NCBI GenBank assembly: GCA_003554615.1
Contig: PWGX01000017.1
Coordinates: forward strand, 7,532-71,531
From: Syntrophomonadaceae bacterium
Lineage (GTDB): Bacteria > Bacillota > Dethiobacteria > DTU022
Reading direction: 5' to 3'
Length of the DNA stretch: 64,000 bases
In this document: positions 61,162-64,000 of the stretch, piece by piece
Position numbering within the stretch: position 1 is the stretch's first letter
How the letters are laid out: every line of letters starts with the position of its first letter
Notes under the pieces: model-generated
Told to the model about the DNA's origin: nothing
The model's input: the letters and a program-made list of their open reading frames with translations, nothing else
Database searches by the model: none
Program-made: the position numbers and the translations under genes

Positions 61162-62529
61162 ATGAAAAACAAATTTAATGAAAACCATAAATTAATTCTG
61201 ACAGGCTTAATCCTGCTGTGCCTGGCAGGCGGCTTCTTTGTTTCTGCCGGGGTTGCCGGCGCAGAAACAGGAACGGCCCCGGTTTATGTTATTGAAGTAG
61301 ATGGTGCGGTTACTGCCGGTTTGCAAAGTTTCCTGGACCGGCAGATCGAGGTTGCCGTTGAAGATGATGCCCAGCTTTTTATCCTGGTCATGAACACTCC
61401 CGGTGGACTGGTTGATGCAACCTTGAAAATAAACGAATTATTCTTAAATGCCGAAATGCCGGTTGCCGTGCTGGTTGCTCCTTCAGGAGCTATTGCCGGT
61501 TCTGCCGGAGCATTTATCCTGGTCTCCTCGGATATTGCGGCTATGGCTCCGGGAACAACAGTCGGAGCCGCTATGCCGGTGGCAATGTCGCCGGAGGGTA
61601 CCGAGGCAACTGATGAAAAAACTATTAATTTTTATGCCTCCCACATGCGCAGTATAGCCCGTGAGCAGGGCCGGCCGGAAGATCTGGCCGAAAAATTTGT
61701 TACCGAAAATCTGACCCTTGATGCCAGGGAAGCCCTGGAAGAAGGCATGATCGAATACCTGGCCGGCAGTGTGCCCGAACTGCTGGAAACAGTTGACGGG
61801 ACCGAAATAGAAAAGCAGGGCGTCACTTACCAGTTAAATACCATAGATGCTCAAATCAAGGAACCACAGATGAATTTAAGGGAGGGCCTGCAGGATTGGG
61901 TCAGTGACCCCCAGATCGCTTTTTTTATTTTAATGCTCGGTTTCCTGGGAATTTATTTTGGCTTGAGCGCTCCCGGTACAATAGTTCCGGAGGTCAGTGG
62001 CCTGATCCTGTTGATTCTTGGTATCTACGGAATCGGCCTGTTTGACACCAATACAACCGGTATTATAATGCTGCTCCTGGGGGCCGGTTTGATTGCCGCC
62101 GAGATCTTTACTTCCGGGTTTGGAATATTGGGCATTGGAGGGGCAGCATCGCTCCTGGCAGGTGCCATTTTACTGCCTACGGAACCCCTGATGGAAGCAG
62201 ACTGGTACGCCGCTTTCCTGGTCACTGTAGTGGGAACTGTGATTGGCCTGTTGATTATAGTCCTTGTCGTGGCCCAGCGAGTACTTCACAGTCGCCGCAA
62301 ACACCAAAGCGGCAGCGACTATTTTAAACCTCCTGAAAGGGGAGTGACCGTGGAAGAAATTAACCCGGAGGGAATGATAAGAACCAGGGGGGAACTCTGG
62401 AAAGCCCACAGCAGTAACAATAAGCAGATACCAAAAGGAACCGAAGTAGAAATTGTTCGTTCTGAAACCCTTAAATTGTGGGTCCGCCCCGTACAGGAGG
62501 CTGAGTCCGCGGGTGAAACAGACGAATAA
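61162..62529 (+). CDS. nfeD: NfeD-family membrane-bound serine protease (ClpP class)
   Basis: The product has a signal/TM N-terminus, a ClpP-like domain (NTPGGLVDA, SGAIAGSAGAFI), a multi-TM middle and a C-terminal NfeD OB-fold (GELWKAHS). Confidence 0.85.
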   Translation: MKNKFNENHKLILTGLILLCLAGGFFVSAGVAGAETGTAPVYVIEVDGAVTAGLQSFLDRQIEVAVEDDAQLFILVMNTPGGLVDATLKINELFLNAEMPVAVLVAPSGAIAGSAGAFILVSSDIAAMAPGTTVGAAMPVAMSPEGTEATDEKTINFYASHMRSIAREQGRPEDLAEKFVTENLTLDAREALEEGMIEYLAGSVPELLETVDGTEIEKQGVTYQLNTIDAQIKEPQMNLREGLQDWVSDPQIAFFILMLGFLGIYFGLSAPGTIVPEVSGLILLILGIYGIGLFDTNTTGIIMLLLGAGLIAAEIFTSGFGILGIGGAASLLAGAILLPTEPLMEADWYAAFLVTVVGTVIGLLIIVLVVAQRVLHSRRKHQSGSDYFKPPERGVTVEEINPEGMIRTRGELWKAHSSNNKQIPKGTEVEIVRSETLKLWVRPVQEAESAGETDE

Positions 62530-62567
62530 GTAGTTTGCAGATATCATAAATTAAAGGAGGATTTAAA

Positions 62568-63374
62568 ATGCTTTATGAAGTGTTAGGCGATGTAGGTATA
62601 TTTGTACCCATTCTAATTATTGTTTTTCTCTTTATCCTTAACGCGATCAAAATCGTCAGGGAATATGAAAGACTGGTTGTATTTCGCCTCGGGCGCCTGA
62701 TCGGTGAAAAAGGGCCGGGTTTTATCCTGGTTATCCCTATTGTGGATAAACTTGTCCGTGTATCCCTGCGGATTGTTACTTTAGACGTTCCCAGCCAGGA
62801 AGTGATCACCCGCGATAACGTTACAACCAGCGTCAATGCTGTTGTATATTACCGCGTTGTCGATCCCAACCGGTCGGTCAACAATGTTGAAGATTTCCGG
62901 ATGGCCACCGCCCAGCTGGCCCAAACCACACTGCGCAGCGTGGCCGGACAGGCAGAACTGGATGAACTGCTCTCAGAAAGGGATAAATTGAATGCAAAGA
63001 TCCAGGGTATCCTCGACGAAGCAACCGATCCATGGGGTATCAAGGTGACGGCAGTGGAAATCAAGGACGTTGTAATCCCCGAGGCGCTTCAGAAAGCTAT
63101 TTCCAGGCAGGCAACGGCTGAAAGGGAAAGAAGGGCCGTCATTGTCCAGGCCGACGGCGAAAGGGAGGCTGCCGGCAGGATTGCCGAAGCGGCCAAAACC
63201 CTTAGCTCCCAGGAGGGCAGCTTCTATGTCCGCTTGCTGAGAACCCTTCCTGAAATTGCTACCCAGCAGGGCAACCTGATTGCATTCCCTCTGCCGATTG
63301 AACTGCGGCACTTGCTGCCTGATCCGTCTCAAATTAGACGTATGAAACAAGAAGAAAAAGGTGAAGAAGAATAA
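62568..63374 (+). CDS. SPFH/band 7 (stomatin/slipin-like) protein
   Basis: The segments VREYERLVVFRLGR and ITRDNV..SVNAVVYYRV.DP match SPFH proteins, followed by a coiled coil (AERERRA). It is paired with nfeD as in known nfeD-stomatin operons. Confidence 0.9.
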   Translation: MLYEVLGDVGIFVPILIIVFLFILNAIKIVREYERLVVFRLGRLIGEKGPGFILVIPIVDKLVRVSLRIVTLDVPSQEVITRDNVTTSVNAVVYYRVVDPNRSVNNVEDFRMATAQLAQTTLRSVAGQAELDELLSERDKLNAKIQGILDEATDPWGIKVTAVEIKDVVIPEALQKAISRQATAERERRAVIVQADGEREAAGRIAEAAKTLSSQEGSFYVRLLRTLPEIATQQGNLIAFPLPIELRHLLPDPSQIRRMKQEEKGEEE

Positions 63375-63396
63375 AAAACGGTGCCGGTAAACTGTA

Positions 63397-64000
63397 ATGT
63401 TACAAACAGCCGGAATGAAAACAATTCCATATAAAACCGCTTTTGTGATCAACCCTACTGCCGGTGATGGTAAAGCCGGCCGAATATGGTCCAAAATTGA
63501 AGATCTGTTAAACCAGGCCGGGCAGCCATACCGGGCCTATTTCACCCGCCAGGCGGGAGAAGGGACCGGGCTGGCTGCCCGGGCTTCATCTGAAGGGGCG
63601 GAACTGGTTGTGGCCGTCGGTGGTGATGGTACCTTAAAAGAAGTGGCCGGAGGTATTAATCTTGAGCAAAACCTTTTTGGCGCAATACCTGCGGGCACCG
63701 GTAACGGTTTTGTGCGCTCCTGCGCCATCCCCCTTCAATGGAAAAAAGCTTTCCGGGGCCTTGCCAGGTGGCAACCCCGCCGAATTGACGTCGGGCGGGT
63801 CAACGATCAATTATTTCTAAATGTAGTCGGTACCGGCCTGGATGCAGCCGTGGTGAAAACCGCAGCCACAAAATACCGGGCTTTAAAGGGTTATCCTGCC
63901 TATGCTTTTGCCGTTGTAGATCAGGCTGCAACATTCAGCCGTTTTCAGTGCAGGGTTGAATGCAACGGACTTAAATTTGAGGATGATCAGGCCCTGGTCG
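63397..64000 (+). CDS. Diacylglycerol kinase catalytic-domain lipid kinase (YegS/DagK family), 3'-truncated by window edge
   Basis: My manual translation of frame 1 gives KTAFVINPTAGDGKAGRIW...ELVVAVGGDGTLKEVAGG. The frame stays open to the window end. The start is ATG at 63397 or 63415. Confidence 0.75.
   Translation, partial: MLQTAGMKTIPYKTAFVINPTAGDGKAGRIWSKIEDLLNQAGQPYRAYFTRQAGEGTGLAARASSEGAELVVAVGGDGTLKEVAGGINLEQNLFGAIPAGTGNGFVRSCAIPLQWKKAFRGLARWQPRRIDVGRVNDQLFLNVVGTGLDAAVVKTAATKYRALKGYPAYAFAVVDQAATFSRFQCRVECNGLKFEDDQALV

Overview
This is a core-chromosome window from a Firmicutes/Clostridia-type anaerobe. GC looks roughly 50% by eye, most genes are on the + strand, and many neighbouring genes overlap by 4 nt at start/stop. 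Contents in order: (1) the 3' end of a diaminopropionate ammonia-lyase gene; (2) a type IV pilus locus, with pilC-pilO-pilN-pilM, three minor pilins and pilD on the - strand, and pilB plus a GspH/FimT-like prepilin on the + strand interleaved with shikimate genes aroE/aroK/aroQ; (3) M24 peptidase-efp, Asp23/AmaP/DUF2273, nusB, a TsaD-like paralog and an SfrB/SfrA-like NAD(P)H oxidoreductase pair; (4) xseA-xseB-ispA, a 711-bp ORF-free structured region, a small multi-TM protein gene, then dxs-tlyA-nadK-recN; (5) a CBS-PAS sigma-54 activator, NUDIX hydrolase, xerD, a DHH-CBS-CCA-adding enzyme fusion, an M50 protease, trpS, scpA/scpB, rluB, aroH, cmk, plsC, an ispH-S1 fusion, DUF512, der, plsY, an HD protein and a second plsY; (6) tRNA-Pro(GGG), a secreted protein, a KamA-type aminomutase, an ADP-forming acetyl-CoA synthetase with a DRTGG partner, speD-speE, ndk, two Cys-rich/Fe-S proteins, an Rrf2 regulator, nfeD-SPFH and the 5' end of a DagK-family lipid kinase. 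The main finding is the ispA-dxs gap. Its position, size, dense helices and downstream membrane-protein gene match the OLE (ornate, large, extremophilic) RNA / OapA ribonucleoprotein locus, a known system whose mechanism is still poorly understood. Secondary findings: a two-member family of secreted proteins sharing a DPGEEG...GGTxKR...DGYARV module, one copy abutting the pilus locus; the pilus/shikimate interleaving with no obvious major pilin or pilT; an FdhA/NuoG-like protein without the Mo-ligand Cys/Sec; and several unusual fusions and acidic tails. I recognised no CRISPR array, IS element or prophage.
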